This document shows positions 1 to 9,961 of a stretch of DNA of 64,000 bases, piece after piece. The stretch is from Candidatus Woesearchaeota archaeon. Its GTDB lineage: Archaea > Nanobdellota > Nanobdellia > Woesearchaeales > UBA11576. The stretch covers positions 4,313 to 68,312 of the forward strand of contig JAFGJH010000041.1 in the NCBI GenBank assembly GCA_016929255.1, written 5' to 3'. The notes under the pieces were generated by a model that was given only the letters and a program-made list of their open reading frames with translations, made no database searches and was not told the origin of the DNA. Numbering within the stretch: the stretch's first letter is position 1; each line of letters opens with the position of its first letter. Made by a program: the position numbers and the translations under genes.

Positions 1-110
1 TTGATATCCATGAAGCGGAAGGAAAGAGAACGCCTTTAAAAAGATTGTTGTCAGCAGGGCTTAAGCCAGGTCGCGTTTAAAAACAAAAGAATAAGAGAAA
101 AATAATGAAA

Positions 111-932
111 TCACTTGCCTTTAACCATTTCCTTCGCAGGCTTCATGCTTTTCCAGGCGATATCGAAAAGGTTGTCCAATGCACTTGAGAAAAAAGGCGT
201 GTTGACCCAGACACCGACATCATAAGTGGGATGCACTTCAGCGTCATCCATGACCATGAAGATGACTTCTGACTTGTCAACTATGGTGAATCTCGCCTTT
301 GTATTGACATGCCTTATCTCTGCAATCTCACCAAGGTCCTTTATCGCACCAGCGCACTCCTTTGTCAAAGGAGCAGCAATCCTTATCTTGACACCGCGTT
401 TCTTGATCTTCTCAAATGTCGGCTTGAGGCCCTCAATCTTCCTAAGAAGACCCTGGGTCGTAGTCATTATCGAGACAGAATTCTCAGCGTTCCTTATCGT
501 CAGCTCAAGATGATTGTAAAGGTTGTGCCTTCCCTTGAGGCTGCCTGACAGGTCAGACGGCTCAATAAGATCGATACCCTGAGTGTGCAATGCAGATAGC
601 TCATCAATCACCTCTGTGCCCTTCAGTTCCTCGAGGCGCTTCACCTTATCATTCGCTTCATCTGCCATGTTCTTCTTGACCCTCTCAAGGACCTCCTCAG
701 GAGGTACAGCGATGTACTTGATGGGCTTGCCAAGCTTTGTCACTGCAAAGCCCTTCTTCTCAAGGCTTTCAAGAACATCATAGCTTCTCGACCTCGGGAC
801 ATTCGCAATGTCAGAAAGCTCACCAGCAGTGGAGACACCCCTTGAAAGAAGAGCAGTCCAGATTTTCACTTCGTAAAGATTCAGAGAGAAATAACGTCGC
901 AACTTGCTCAGGAATTCTTCTTTTACAATCAT
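111..932 (-). CDS. TrmB-family transcriptional regulator
   Basis: 273-aa ORF. The N-terminal winged-helix segment (YEVKIWTALLSRGVSTAGELSDIANVPRSRSYDVLESLEKKGF) is typical of archaeal TrmB regulators, followed by a longer C-terminal effector-type domain. The N-terminus is paralogous to ORF 44382-45101. Confidence 0.75.
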   Translation of the reverse strand: MIVKEEFLSKLRRYFSLNLYEVKIWTALLSRGVSTAGELSDIANVPRSRSYDVLESLEKKGFAVTKLGKPIKYIAVPPEEVLERVKKNMADEANDKVKRLEELKGTEVIDELSALHTQGIDLIEPSDLSGSLKGRHNLYNHLELTIRNAENSVSIMTTTQGLLRKIEGLKPTFEKIKKRGVKIRIAAPLTKECAGAIKDLGEIAEIRHVNTKARFTIVDKSEVIFMVMDDAEVHPTYDVGVWVNTPFFSSALDNLFDIAWKSMKPAKEMVKGK

Positions 933-1142
933 GTTTAAACCCTCCCCCTTTTTTCTTTTTTTAACAGATTTTTGTTACTGAGATGAATTAACTAACTACT
1001 ACTACTTAATATATGTTACGATTTTTCACTCCCCCATTATAAGCACAAAATCAGCTTAAAAAGATGATTAACCACGCGCCAGTGAAATGTTTAAGGTATA
1101 TTTAATAAATAGTGTATGACGCGAGGGTGACACCAGAAATAA

Positions 1143-3152
1143 TCACGCCGCGGCTTTCTCTTTTCGCTCGAACTTCTTGGCCTTTGCAAGCTGGGCCTGC
1201 GCTGCTTCTGACGCACTCTTCAGCTGGGTGAACTGCTTTCTCCTTATCTTGGTCAACTCTGTCATCGCAGTGTTGAGAGCATCAATAGTCTCTTTCTCTG
1301 CGGCTTCTGTTGATGACAGCTCTTTTTCCAGAAACGAGATCTGGGTCCGCACCGACTTGACAGCTTCGCCCAAATCCCAGTACGACTTCTTCACCTCCGC
1401 CTTGATCTTGTTGGTCTTCCTGTCAGCATACCTTGATATCTGTTCCTGCATCTCGTCAATCTCTATCAGTTTCTTCGCCTGCTTAACCTCCTTCTGGTTA
1501 CCTATCGCAGCAGCCATCTTCGCAAGCTGTTCCAGAGCGCCTGCGACAAACCTCGAAACCTTATTGCCGAAGTCAGCAGCCTTCTCAATGTGCCAGGTCC
1601 TCTGAACAAGCTCGCCATTCTTTATGATGAAAGGGAGTATCTCGTTCTTGTTGAAATCAATGGTGCTGGTGATGAATGTCTTGTCCTGCTCAAAGATGTT
1701 GGCAGCATGCTTGGTCGCCTCAACAACAACCTGTTCAGGCAGATCAGTCTCAAGCTTTTCCATCGCTTTCCTGAACTCTTCGCATGCGAGATGTATCTTT
1801 TCGACATTCTCCCCGAGGTGCCCCTCAAGCTTCTCCATGTTCTCGGCAAAACCCGCGACTTCCTTCTCAGCTGCAATCATCTTTTTCGCTTCTCCCCGCA
1901 TCGCCTTCAGCACACGGCGGCCTTTAGCAAGGACCGTGTTTATCTTGTTCCTAATGTCCTCAACCTCAGAAACAGACTTCTTCAGCATGTCCCTCTGCTC
2001 CTCTATCTGACCCAACTGCTTATCGAGCTGCTTTCTTGCTTCGCCTCTTGCAGAGTTCCTCTGAGCAAAAAGCGCATCGATATTCTTCTCTTTGTCCGCA
2101 ACTTTCTTACGGAGGCAATCTATCTCTTTATTAGCCCTGGAGCGAACAGCTTTCTCGACGCGTATCTCAGAATTTATTATCACACCGGCGTGTTTCGCAG
2201 CCTCGGTCATGACTTCTGTTGTGTGCTCGATCGCCTTGAATGAATGCTCCTTGGCCTTGTGCACGAACTCAGCGTCAGTAGCTATGTTCATGAGGATATC
2301 AACGAGCTTCTTGGCATAAGCAGTCAGCTCGGCGGCCTTCTGCGAGTCCTCAACGTCATCCATCGCGTGCTGCTTGATGTGCCTGTCAACCGCAGATGCC
2401 ATTTCAAGCACCTTCATGTCTCTCTGTTCTGCGCTTATCTCTGCATTGTCAAGCTCGGTCATTGTCCTGCTTATCTTCTCAACCCCTGCAGCAAGCGCAG
2501 CAGCGTGCCCTTCAAGCTCAACATTGCGCTCCTCAACCTCTGCCTCAGCTTCAGTGACCTCGCCGAGCATACCTTCCTTGTCGGCAAGACGCTCTGCCTT
2601 AAGCTCGCGCCTGCGGATCTTCCTTTCGATGGAAGGGTCAAAACCCGCTTCTTTCTCGAGGCGCTTCTCTTCGCCGCTGCCAAGCTCTGTCTTCTTAATC
2701 GCTGCTTTTATACCCCATAATGCCAAGGCACCAATACCGCCGAAAATAGGCAGCGCAAGGATGTTCCCGAACAGCAGGAAAGAGATACCTGCAATGAGAG
2801 CAATCATGCCCAAGTAGCCGCCCTGCGAAAGGCTCTTACCACGCCAGAATATGAATACACAAAGTATCACAACAGAAAAGTAAGTGAGGAACATTGAAAA
2901 CGGAGAATTGAAGATAAAATTGAGCGTGAACAGTATGAGTCCTACAGGAAGGCCGACACCCTTGAAGCCCTCTTCCCTGACATCCCTGACCAGCAGGTAG
3001 ACGCCAAAAATGAATCCGAGCCAGATTATCTGGTTGAGGGGAGAGTACTCTTTCAGGAAGGTCATAATCCTGCCGTCACCACCAAGGTAATTACCGTAAT
3101 TGCTGAAGAAATCCGCGGCGATAACCCTTCCTGAAATGTCCAATAGCGCCAT
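1143..3152 (-). CDS. membrane-anchored long coiled-coil protein, function unknown
   Basis: ORF 1143-3170. The N-terminal ~160 aa are strongly hydrophobic (several TM helices). The remaining ~500 aa are heptad-like and K/E/A-rich. The ATG at 3152 lies ~29 nt from TTTAAATATA (3177-3186), so I prefer it over the TTG at 3170. Confidence 0.7.
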   Translation of the reverse strand: MALLDISGRVIAADFFSNYGNYLGGDGRIMTFLKEYSPLNQIIWLGFIFGVYLLVRDVREEGFKGVGLPVGLILFTLNFIFNSPFSMFLTYFSVVILCVFIFWRGKSLSQGGYLGMIALIAGISFLLFGNILALPIFGGIGALALWGIKAAIKKTELGSGEEKRLEKEAGFDPSIERKIRRRELKAERLADKEGMLGEVTEAEAEVEERNVELEGHAAALAAGVEKISRTMTELDNAEISAEQRDMKVLEMASAVDRHIKQHAMDDVEDSQKAAELTAYAKKLVDILMNIATDAEFVHKAKEHSFKAIEHTTEVMTEAAKHAGVIINSEIRVEKAVRSRANKEIDCLRKKVADKEKNIDALFAQRNSARGEARKQLDKQLGQIEEQRDMLKKSVSEVEDIRNKINTVLAKGRRVLKAMRGEAKKMIAAEKEVAGFAENMEKLEGHLGENVEKIHLACEEFRKAMEKLETDLPEQVVVEATKHAANIFEQDKTFITSTIDFNKNEILPFIIKNGELVQRTWHIEKAADFGNKVSRFVAGALEQLAKMAAAIGNQKEVKQAKKLIEIDEMQEQISRYADRKTNKIKAEVKKSYWDLGEAVKSVRTQISFLEKELSSTEAAEKETIDALNTAMTELTKIRRKQFTQLKSASEAAQAQLAKAKKFERKEKAAA

Positions 3153-3176
3153 GGCCACATCTAAAAACAACAGGAT

Positions 3177-3186
3177 TTAAATATAT
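3177..3186. promoter_or_regulatory. TATA-like box in divergent intergenic region
   Basis: TTTAAATATA is centred ~29 nt upstream of ATG 3152 (minus strand) and ~47 nt upstream of pta ATG 3228. The pta start is preceded by a GAAGGTGA Shine-Dalgarno-like element. Confidence 0.4.
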
Positions 3187-3227
3187 TACGTCTTTTATTC
3201 CGCATATCCTGAAAAGAAGGTGAACTG

Positions 3228-4247
3228 ATGAAAGACTTTATCGCCAAGATAAAAAAACAGGCAAGGAAAGACCCCAAGCGCATCGTCTTCCCAGAATCGA
3301 CAGAGGAAAGGACACTCAAGGCGATACAGCAGATAATCAAAGAAAAGACAGCCATACCATTACTTCTAGGAAACGAAAAAGATATCCGCAAGAGGATGAC
3401 CCAGCTCAAGCTCAGCCTAAAGAAAGTCACCATAATAGACCATCTTTCAGACAAGAACAAGAATAAGTTCGAGAGGTTCTCACAGAAACTGTTCGAGCTT
3501 CGCAAGGAAAAAGGCATGACCGTCGAGCAGGCCAGAGAAAAGATGAAAGAAGAGATATACTACGGTATAATGATGGTCCATCTCGGAGAGGCAGACGGGC
3601 TCATATCAGGCGCGGTACACTCAACAGGCCACACGGTCCTCCCTGCCTTGCAGATAATAAAGTCGCGGGAGAAATTCCACAAGGTATCGGGAGTGTTTTT
3701 CCTGAATTTCAAAGACGAAGTGATGGTATTCGCAGATGCTGCAGTAACTATAGAGCCGGATGCCAAAGACCTCGCAGGCATAGCGATCGACTCAGCAAGG
3801 ACAGCGATAAGGTTCGGCATAGAACCGCGAGTCGCGCTGCTGTCATTCTCGACAAAGGGCAGCGCAGACCACCCGCTCGTCAAGAAGATGCAGGAAGCGA
3901 CAGCCATCGCAAAGGAAAAGGCCAAGAAGATGCTTCCAGAAGCAATCATAGACGGAGAGATGCAGCTAGATGCAGCAGTAGAGCCGTGGGTGGCAAAGAT
4001 AAAATGCCCTGATGCAACAATAAAAGGAGACGCGAACGTGCTCATATTCCCTGATCTGCAGGCAGCGAACATCGGCTACAAGCTTGCGACATTCTTCGGC
4101 CATGCAGAGGCCATCGGACCCATACTCCAGGGACTCAGGAAGCCAGTAAACGACCTCTCAAGAGGGTGCACTGTCCAGGACATAGTGGACATAACAGCGA
4201 TGACTGTCATAGAGGCCCACCACATAGAGAAAGGGGCAAAGGAATAA
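3228..4247 (+). CDS. pta: phosphate acetyltransferase (short Pta type)
   Basis: 339-aa ORF with RIVFPESTEERTLKA near the N-terminus and the Pta signature DGLISGAVHSTGHTVLPALQIIK. The length fits stand-alone PTA_PTB enzymes. Confidence 0.9.
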   Translation: MKDFIAKIKKQARKDPKRIVFPESTEERTLKAIQQIIKEKTAIPLLLGNEKDIRKRMTQLKLSLKKVTIIDHLSDKNKNKFERFSQKLFELRKEKGMTVEQAREKMKEEIYYGIMMVHLGEADGLISGAVHSTGHTVLPALQIIKSREKFHKVSGVFFLNFKDEVMVFADAAVTIEPDAKDLAGIAIDSARTAIRFGIEPRVALLSFSTKGSADHPLVKKMQEATAIAKEKAKKMLPEAIIDGEMQLDAAVEPWVAKIKCPDATIKGDANVLIFPDLQAANIGYKLATFFGHAEAIGPILQGLRKPVNDLSRGCTVQDIVDITAMTVIEAHHIEKGAKE

Positions 4248-4277
4248 TATCAAAGAAAAGAATTTTTTTTCAAACCT

Positions 4278-6017
4278 TCAATCTTCCATCGTTGACAAGT
4301 CTCCTATAGGCAGACCAAGTTCCTGCGCCTTGAGCACGCGCCTCATGATCTTGCCAGAGCGGGTCTTGGGAAGCGTGTCACGGAACTCAATCTCTTTCGG
4401 GTATGCGTGGCCTGCAAGCTTTGTCTTGATAAAATTCTTGATATCTGCCTTCAGATCATCAGACGGCTTATGCCCTTTCTTCAATGAGATGAACGCCTTG
4501 ATTATCTCGCCATACATATCGTCAGGCTTGCCGATGACACCCGCCTCTGCCACAGCAGGATGCTCTACCAAGGCAGACTCAACCTCGAAAGGGCCGACCC
4601 TGTGGCCTGCAGTCTTTATCACGTCATCAGCCCTGCCGACAAACCAGAAATAACCGTCCTCATCCATCCAGGCACGGTCACCGCTGATGTACCAGCCGCC
4701 CTTGAAATAGGAATCATACTTCTCCTTGTTGTTCCAGATCTCCACCATCATGCTCGGCCAGCCGGGTCTTATAGCAAGATTACCTTCTGTCTTGACGGGA
4801 ACTTCATTTCCTCTGTCATCAACGATGCCCGCGGTGATGCCCGGGAAAGGCTTGCCCATGCTGCCAACCTTCACATCCATGCAGGGATAGTTCGCGATAA
4901 GTATGCCTCCTGTCTCTGTCTGCCACCAGTTGTCATGGAACGCAAGACCGATATGCTCAAGTCCCCACCAGATGGCCTCGGGGTTCAGAGGCTCGCCGAC
5001 AGAGGCAAGATGGCGCAGGCTCGAAAGGTCATATTTCCTAGCGATGTCTGCACCCTCCTTCATCATCATGCGGATAGCAGTCGGAGCAGTGTACCACACA
5101 GTCACCTTGTAGTCATTGATGACCTTGTACCATTTCTCAGCGCTGAACCTCCTGGCATCGACAATGCTCGTGATTCCGTTCGAGAAAGGCCCGAGTATGC
5201 CATAAGCGATGCCGGTCACCCAGCCCGGGTCAGCAGTGCACCAGTAAATATCGTCAGGCTGCAGGTCAAGGATCCACTTGGTCGTAAGATGCTGATGGAT
5301 TATGTCATAATGCGTATGGACAACACCTTTAGGCCTGCCCGTGGTGCCTGAGGTGTAGAGCATGTAGGCGCGGTCCTCAGGTTCCATGTGAACAATTTCA
5401 AAATCCTTGGATGCTGACCACATCTCCTGGTTGTAGCTCAGCTCACCTTCTTCAGGCACGTAATCCCCTGTGACGATGACTTTCTGAAGCTCAGGAAGCC
5501 TGCCGCGTACCTTGTCGACACGCTCCTTCAGAGTAAGATCAGTCACGACAATCTTCGCCCCGCTGTCATTCAGCCGGTCGAACAGGGCATCAGGACCAAA
5601 AGCGGCAAACAGCGTAGAGGCGATGGCACCTGTCTTCAGGATGCCGAGGAAACTCACGTAAAGCTCCTCGATCCTCGGAAGGAAAATGAACACGCGATCG
5701 CCTTTCTTGACACCTTGTTTTGCCAGTACGTTGGCAAACCTGTTCGAAAGCATCGCGATATCCTCAAATGTGGGGTGCTTTGTGCTGCCCTCATCGATGA
5801 TGTGCAGAGCCACCCTTTTCTTCAGCGGAGTCTTGAGGTGGCGGTCGACAGCGACATAAGCAGCATTCATCTTTCCATCAACAAAGAACTCAATCTCATC
5901 CTTGTGAACATCATAAGAGAATTCCTTCCGCGCGAACTTGTAATCCTTAAGGTTAGGCATCTTCTTGAGCCTGCCAACCTCTTTCTTTATGACCTTAGGA
6001 TGCTGTTCCGCCATCAT
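4278..6017 (-). CDS. acs: AMP-forming acetyl-CoA synthetase (bacterial AcsA-like, ~570-aa class)
   Basis: 579-aa ORF with the AMP-binding motif YTSGTTGRPKGVVHTH, plus WWQTETGG and the C-terminal LPKTRSGKIMRRVLKA...GDLSTMED. From memory, the overall pattern closely resembles Bacillus-type AcsA. Confidence 0.88.
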   Translation of the reverse strand: MMAEQHPKVIKKEVGRLKKMPNLKDYKFARKEFSYDVHKDEIEFFVDGKMNAAYVAVDRHLKTPLKKRVALHIIDEGSTKHPTFEDIAMLSNRFANVLAKQGVKKGDRVFIFLPRIEELYVSFLGILKTGAIASTLFAAFGPDALFDRLNDSGAKIVVTDLTLKERVDKVRGRLPELQKVIVTGDYVPEEGELSYNQEMWSASKDFEIVHMEPEDRAYMLYTSGTTGRPKGVVHTHYDIIHQHLTTKWILDLQPDDIYWCTADPGWVTGIAYGILGPFSNGITSIVDARRFSAEKWYKVINDYKVTVWYTAPTAIRMMMKEGADIARKYDLSSLRHLASVGEPLNPEAIWWGLEHIGLAFHDNWWQTETGGILIANYPCMDVKVGSMGKPFPGITAGIVDDRGNEVPVKTEGNLAIRPGWPSMMVEIWNNKEKYDSYFKGGWYISGDRAWMDEDGYFWFVGRADDVIKTAGHRVGPFEVESALVEHPAVAEAGVIGKPDDMYGEIIKAFISLKKGHKPSDDLKADIKNFIKTKLAGHAYPKEIEFRDTLPKTRSGKIMRRVLKAQELGLPIGDLSTMED

Positions 6018-6099
6018 AACACCTCTTTAAGCCCCAAAAGGGGGAAATTATTTAAATAGTTTTCCTGTATCACCCATCCTATCAAAAAAGAGGCTGATA

Positions 6100-7191
6100 A
6101 TGGAGCACATACTGATACTGAACATCGGATCTTCTTCAATAAAGTATAACCTGTTCAAAGGAGAGCAGACAGCGCTCAAAGGATACCTCGAAAGGGTCAC
6201 TGATTACGGAAAAGGAATAAAGCAGATCATTGCCGAGATAAACAAGAAAGGGCTCAGCGTGGATGCAATAGGCCACAGGGTAGTGCACGGAGGGACACAC
6301 CAGGAATCTGCGCCGCTTGACACAAAAAAGGTCAAGGAGCTGGAGAACATATCAGAGCTCGCTCCGCTGCACAACATACCAGAGGTAAAAGGGATAAAAA
6401 TCTGCATGAAGCTGTTCAAAGTCCCCCAGGTGGCCGTGTTCGACACAGCTTTCCACCAGACAATGCCTGAGAAGGCATACACTTACGCAATACCTGCAGC
6501 ACTCGCCGCTAAGTACAAGATAAAACGTTATGGCTTCCATGGCACGAGCCACAACTATGTGGCGCATGAGGCCGCAAGGCTTACGGGCAAGCCGCTGGAA
6601 AAAGCGAAGATAATAACCTGTCACCTAGGAAACGGCTGCAGCATAACGGCAATAAATCACGGCCATTCAATAGACACCTCGATGGGATTCACGCCGCTTG
6701 AAGGGCTCGTTATGGGCACGCGAAGCGGCGACATAGACCCCGCAATCATACCGTTCATCCAGCAGAAAGAAAAGCTCAGCCACAAACAGGCAGAGGAAAT
6801 GCTCAACAAGAAGTCAGGGTTGCTCGGGCTGTGCGGAAAGAAAGACATGCGGGACATACATGCCGCGAGAGCGACAGATAGCAAGGCAAAACTCGCGCAC
6901 GACGTGTTCTGTTACAGGCTCACTAAGTACATAGGAGCATACATCGCAGCGATGAACGGAGTCGACGCGATAGTGTTCACAGGAGGCATCGGAGAGAACG
7001 CCTGGTGGGTCCGCGAGGACGTGCTCGAGAACTTCAGCCACATCGGGCTGAGGCTCAACAAGAAAGCGAACAGGAACAACGAGACAAAAATATCCTCATT
7101 TGCGTCAAGGGTGCGGCTCTTCGTGATACCTACGAACGAGGAGCTGATGATGGCGAGGGAAGTGAGGAAGACTCTCAGAGACAGGGTATGA
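6100..7191 (+). CDS. ackA: acetate kinase
   Basis: 363-aa ORF with ILILNIGSSSIKYNLF, HRVVHGG, YGFHGTSHNYV, CHLGNGCSI, GTRSGDIDP and FTGGIGENA, which are the acetate/propionate kinase signatures. Confidence 0.9.
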   Translation: MEHILILNIGSSSIKYNLFKGEQTALKGYLERVTDYGKGIKQIIAEINKKGLSVDAIGHRVVHGGTHQESAPLDTKKVKELENISELAPLHNIPEVKGIKICMKLFKVPQVAVFDTAFHQTMPEKAYTYAIPAALAAKYKIKRYGFHGTSHNYVAHEAARLTGKPLEKAKIITCHLGNGCSITAINHGHSIDTSMGFTPLEGLVMGTRSGDIDPAIIPFIQQKEKLSHKQAEEMLNKKSGLLGLCGKKDMRDIHAARATDSKAKLAHDVFCYRLTKYIGAYIAAMNGVDAIVFTGGIGENAWWVREDVLENFSHIGLRLNKKANRNNETKISSFASRVRLFVIPTNEELMMAREVRKTLRDRV

Positions 7192-7198
7192 ACCGCAA

Positions 7199-7513
7199 TC
7201 AGGTGACTCTCTCATATACCCTTGCGACAGGTTCTGTCCCTCTGGTATATATCGCATCAGCCTTGCTTTTAGGGGCGTTGTGAAAGAATATCTTCTTGCC
7301 TCTCGAATTCCTGATTTCACCCTCAGAAGGGCATTTCTGTTCAATCAGCCCGACTTCGGGCTTGTCCCCCACATTCGTTATCAAACCAATAGGCCTCCCA
7401 GCCTCATCAGAAATTTCAGCGACATTCTTTCCGAAAAAATGGTGCTTCTTGAAATCTACAAAGTAAATCTTTCCGCCGACATCCTGCAACATCAACTTCT
7501 TTTCAACACCCAT
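7199..7513 (-). CDS. hypothetical protein, tightly linked downstream of pelota
   Basis: ORF 7199-7522 (GTG); the first ATG is at 7513. It begins 1-10 nt after the pelota stop (7524). I recognise no motif. Confidence 0.5.
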   Translation of the reverse strand: MGVEKKLMLQDVGGKIYFVDFKKHHFFGKNVAEISDEAGRPIGLITNVGDKPEVGLIEQKCPSEGEIRNSRGKKIFFHNAPKSKADAIYTRGTEPVARVYERVT

Positions 7514-7523
7514 AATTACCACC

Positions 7524-8582
7524 TCAAAATACCATCTTGTACCTCAATACGGCAGCGATTCCGCCTAGTCCATCAAGCTTTCTGCCTCCATCGTGCTCAG
7601 AAGAGACTATGCAGATATCAGCGCCGCTGCGGTCAGCAGACCTCATGATATCATTTATCCTATTAAACTTTTCCTCCTGACGCATCTTCTGGATGATTCC
7701 ATCCGTGATCAGAAGAGTCCTGACTGCACCGGCATTCGCCGCATTCTCAGTCTCATCGACACCGTAAGCAGCAGCACCCCGCTTCGATATCTCTGAAAGC
7801 AGCTCTTCGACCAGGTTTATCTCAGATGCTATGCGATCCTGCTGGAGGACAGACTGCACCTCAGGCCTCTTCAGAACCTCATTGATAGCCCCCTTGTCGC
7901 AGGACGAGCAAGTGGCGAGCACAACCATCCTTTTCAGCTCCTGGTTCTTGAGGCTCTTCAGCAGATCCTCTTTCCAGAAAGCAGGGCTTGCAATAATCAC
8001 GTGCTTTATGCCGTGACGCTTCACATACTCCTGCAAAGAGCTGATTATCTCATCATAGAAATTTCCTGCAGACTGCCTGACATCCGCCTTTTTCGCCACC
8101 TCACCCTTGAGCTCAGCGACAACCTCAAAACCATATTTCTTCATCAAGGCTATGTATGCCTCCTCTCGGTCAAAGACGCAGATCATTGTGTCGGGCCGCC
8201 TTTCCTTCGCAGCCTCTTCCAGGCGCTGGCGCTGGTACTTCAGCCACTCTGGCTTGGTTATCGTGAGGGCCGTTCCCTCCTCGACATTGAAGGTGTGGTA
8301 GGAGCCCTTTGGGATGTCTTCCTTGCCCTCTGCGACCTTTCCGGATATGCGCAGTACATCAGAGTAACGGTGGAATTCCACCTTCTCAACATCAAGCTTC
8401 AGGAAAACGGGCTTCTTAATGATCTTCTGCGAGCGCTCATCCTCCCCGCCCATCTTGATCTTGCGGAAAGTCCTGCCCTCAACAGCATCACCTACATCAA
8501 TCATGTTGGACAGGTACCAGAGGTCGTCCAGGTTCTCAACGAGCAGTTTTGCCTCGTTCTTATGAAAGTGCAAAATTTTCAT
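7524..8582 (-). CDS. pelA: mRNA surveillance protein Pelota
   Basis: ORF 7524-8651. The conserved N-terminus MKILHFHKNEAKLLVENLDDLWYLSNMI starts at ATG 8582. It has the eRF1-like three-domain length (352 aa). Confidence 0.9.
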   Translation of the reverse strand: MKILHFHKNEAKLLVENLDDLWYLSNMIDVGDAVEGRTFRKIKMGGEDERSQKIIKKPVFLKLDVEKVEFHRYSDVLRISGKVAEGKEDIPKGSYHTFNVEEGTALTITKPEWLKYQRQRLEEAAKERRPDTMICVFDREEAYIALMKKYGFEVVAELKGEVAKKADVRQSAGNFYDEIISSLQEYVKRHGIKHVIIASPAFWKEDLLKSLKNQELKRMVVLATCSSCDKGAINEVLKRPEVQSVLQQDRIASEINLVEELLSEISKRGAAAYGVDETENAANAGAVRTLLITDGIIQKMRQEEKFNRINDIMRSADRSGADICIVSSEHDGGRKLDGLGGIAAVLRYKMVF

Positions 8583-8697
8583 CTTGTAAGCCCTAAAACC
8601 GGCTTTTTCGCCTGCGCAAATAGAAAAACATAAATATATAAAGATATTCATTTTGGGTTATAACCACCATAAGCGCTTATAAAAAGGTGAATACCTG

Positions 8698-9909
8698 ATG
8701 TATGGCCAAAACCCCCCCAAAAGAATAGTCATTTCTAGGAAGGCGCAGGATGCCGGTAACGCGGCAACCCTGATAGCTGTCATCGCATTGCTCATCATCT
8801 TCTACCTGCTATTCATCCCGCCAAGCTTTAGGGACCAGATACTGGAAGGCAACGAATCCACAACATCAACAACAGGCACAACAGGGACGGTCAACGAGAC
8901 GATCCTCAAGGCAAGTCCGGGAACGCTCTCACGCATATCATCAGAAGAGATAGAGCACAGCATACCATCCATAGTCCTCTATTCAAAGAAGGAGTCAAAA
9001 GTCATCAGCTCGGTAGCTTCATTATCAGTCAAATCATCAGTTTTCAGCTCAAAGACAGCGGCAATGCAGTTCACGATAGAAGACCTCGAGAACACAGACA
9101 ACCTGCTCCTGACCTTCATCGACAAAAAGTACAAGGGAGCGCTTATAGTGACGGTCAACGGCAACGAGGTATTCAACGGCGAGGTCACGCAGGAGAATCC
9201 GGCTCCGGTCACGCTGAACAAGCAGTTTCTGGTCAGAGGGAGCAACAAGATAGACTTCACAGCAGAGAGCGCCGGATGGAGATTCTGGAAAGTAAACAGG
9301 CATGACCTGCAGAACATCCAGGTGACAGGCGAGATAAAGGACATCTCGCGGCAGATGAGCAGGAACATATTCATAGTCTCAGCGACAGAGAAGTCCAATG
9401 TCAAGCGGGACATACTCAGGTTCACTCCGGACTGCATGACAGGCAAGACAGGCAAGCTAAATGTCATGATAAACCAGCACTCAGTATACTACTCAGTGCC
9501 CGACTGCGGCGGAAGGATAGCGATTGAGTTCACGCCAGACGTGCTCAGGGAAGGGGAGAACACAATAGTGTTCGACAGCGAGGAAGGAAGCTACCTAATA
9601 GACCTGATAAGGATAACGTCAGAGCTCAAGGAAGTGCTGCAGCCCGCGTACTACTTCGAGATCACGAAAGAGACAATGGAAGACGTGAGGGACGGAGACT
9701 ACGATGTCACGCTGAAGATAACATTCACAGAGGACAACGACCAGAAGGCAGGAGTCCTCAACATAAACGGAAGGGAGACAAGCATATTCCAGCGTGAGAG
9801 GACATACACCAAGAACATCAACGACTACATCATCGAAGGCAACAATGCAATCAAGATAGTGCCTGAGACCATGCTTGAGATAGTTTCCCTAGAAGTCATC
9901 AAAGAATAA
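8698..9909 (+). CDS. secreted/membrane-anchored protein with three internal beta-rich repeats, function unknown
   Basis: 403-aa ORF. Basic N-terminus then one hydrophobic helix (ATLIAVIALLIIFYLLF), a Thr-rich linker, and three similar segments (..VTVNGNEVFNG..GSNKIDF.. / ..VMINQHSVYY..GENTIVF.. / ..LNINGRETSI..GNNAIKI..). AAGGTGA Shine-Dalgarno-like element 7 nt upstream. Confidence 0.75.
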   Translation: MYGQNPPKRIVISRKAQDAGNAATLIAVIALLIIFYLLFIPPSFRDQILEGNESTTSTTGTTGTVNETILKASPGTLSRISSEEIEHSIPSIVLYSKKESKVISSVASLSVKSSVFSSKTAAMQFTIEDLENTDNLLLTFIDKKYKGALIVTVNGNEVFNGEVTQENPAPVTLNKQFLVRGSNKIDFTAESAGWRFWKVNRHDLQNIQVTGEIKDISRQMSRNIFIVSATEKSNVKRDILRFTPDCMTGKTGKLNVMINQHSVYYSVPDCGGRIAIEFTPDVLREGENTIVFDSEEGSYLIDLIRITSELKEVLQPAYYFEITKETMEDVRDGDYDVTLKITFTEDNDQKAGVLNINGRETSIFQRERTYTKNINDYIIEGNNAIKIVPETMLEIVSLEVIKE

Positions 9910-9961
9910 TCTTGAGAATTAATCATTTCATCGTTTTTATACGCGCGCATGAAAAAAAGAG

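Noticed and set aside
1-47. Possible start of an off-window minus-strand gene. The ATG complement is at 9-11, with a TTTTTAAA-like box at ~36-43, 25-32 nt upstream.
   Set aside because: Only four codons are visible, so coding potential cannot be assessed.
3161-3517. 118-aa minus-strand ORF overlapping the pta 5' region and the divergent promoter.
   Set aside because: It is antisense to pta, has no motif, and would run through the shared TATA region.
8698-8830. Class III (type IV pilin-like) signal peptide in the 403-aa protein (..SRKA/QDAGNAATLIAVIALLIIFYLLF).
   Set aside because: The K-A-Q context is compatible with prepilin-peptidase cleavage. However, eight mostly polar or small residues precede the hydrophobic core, and no pilus ATPase, platform or peptidase gene is nearby. 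I kept it as a plain N-terminal anchor. FlaFind-type prediction could revisit this.
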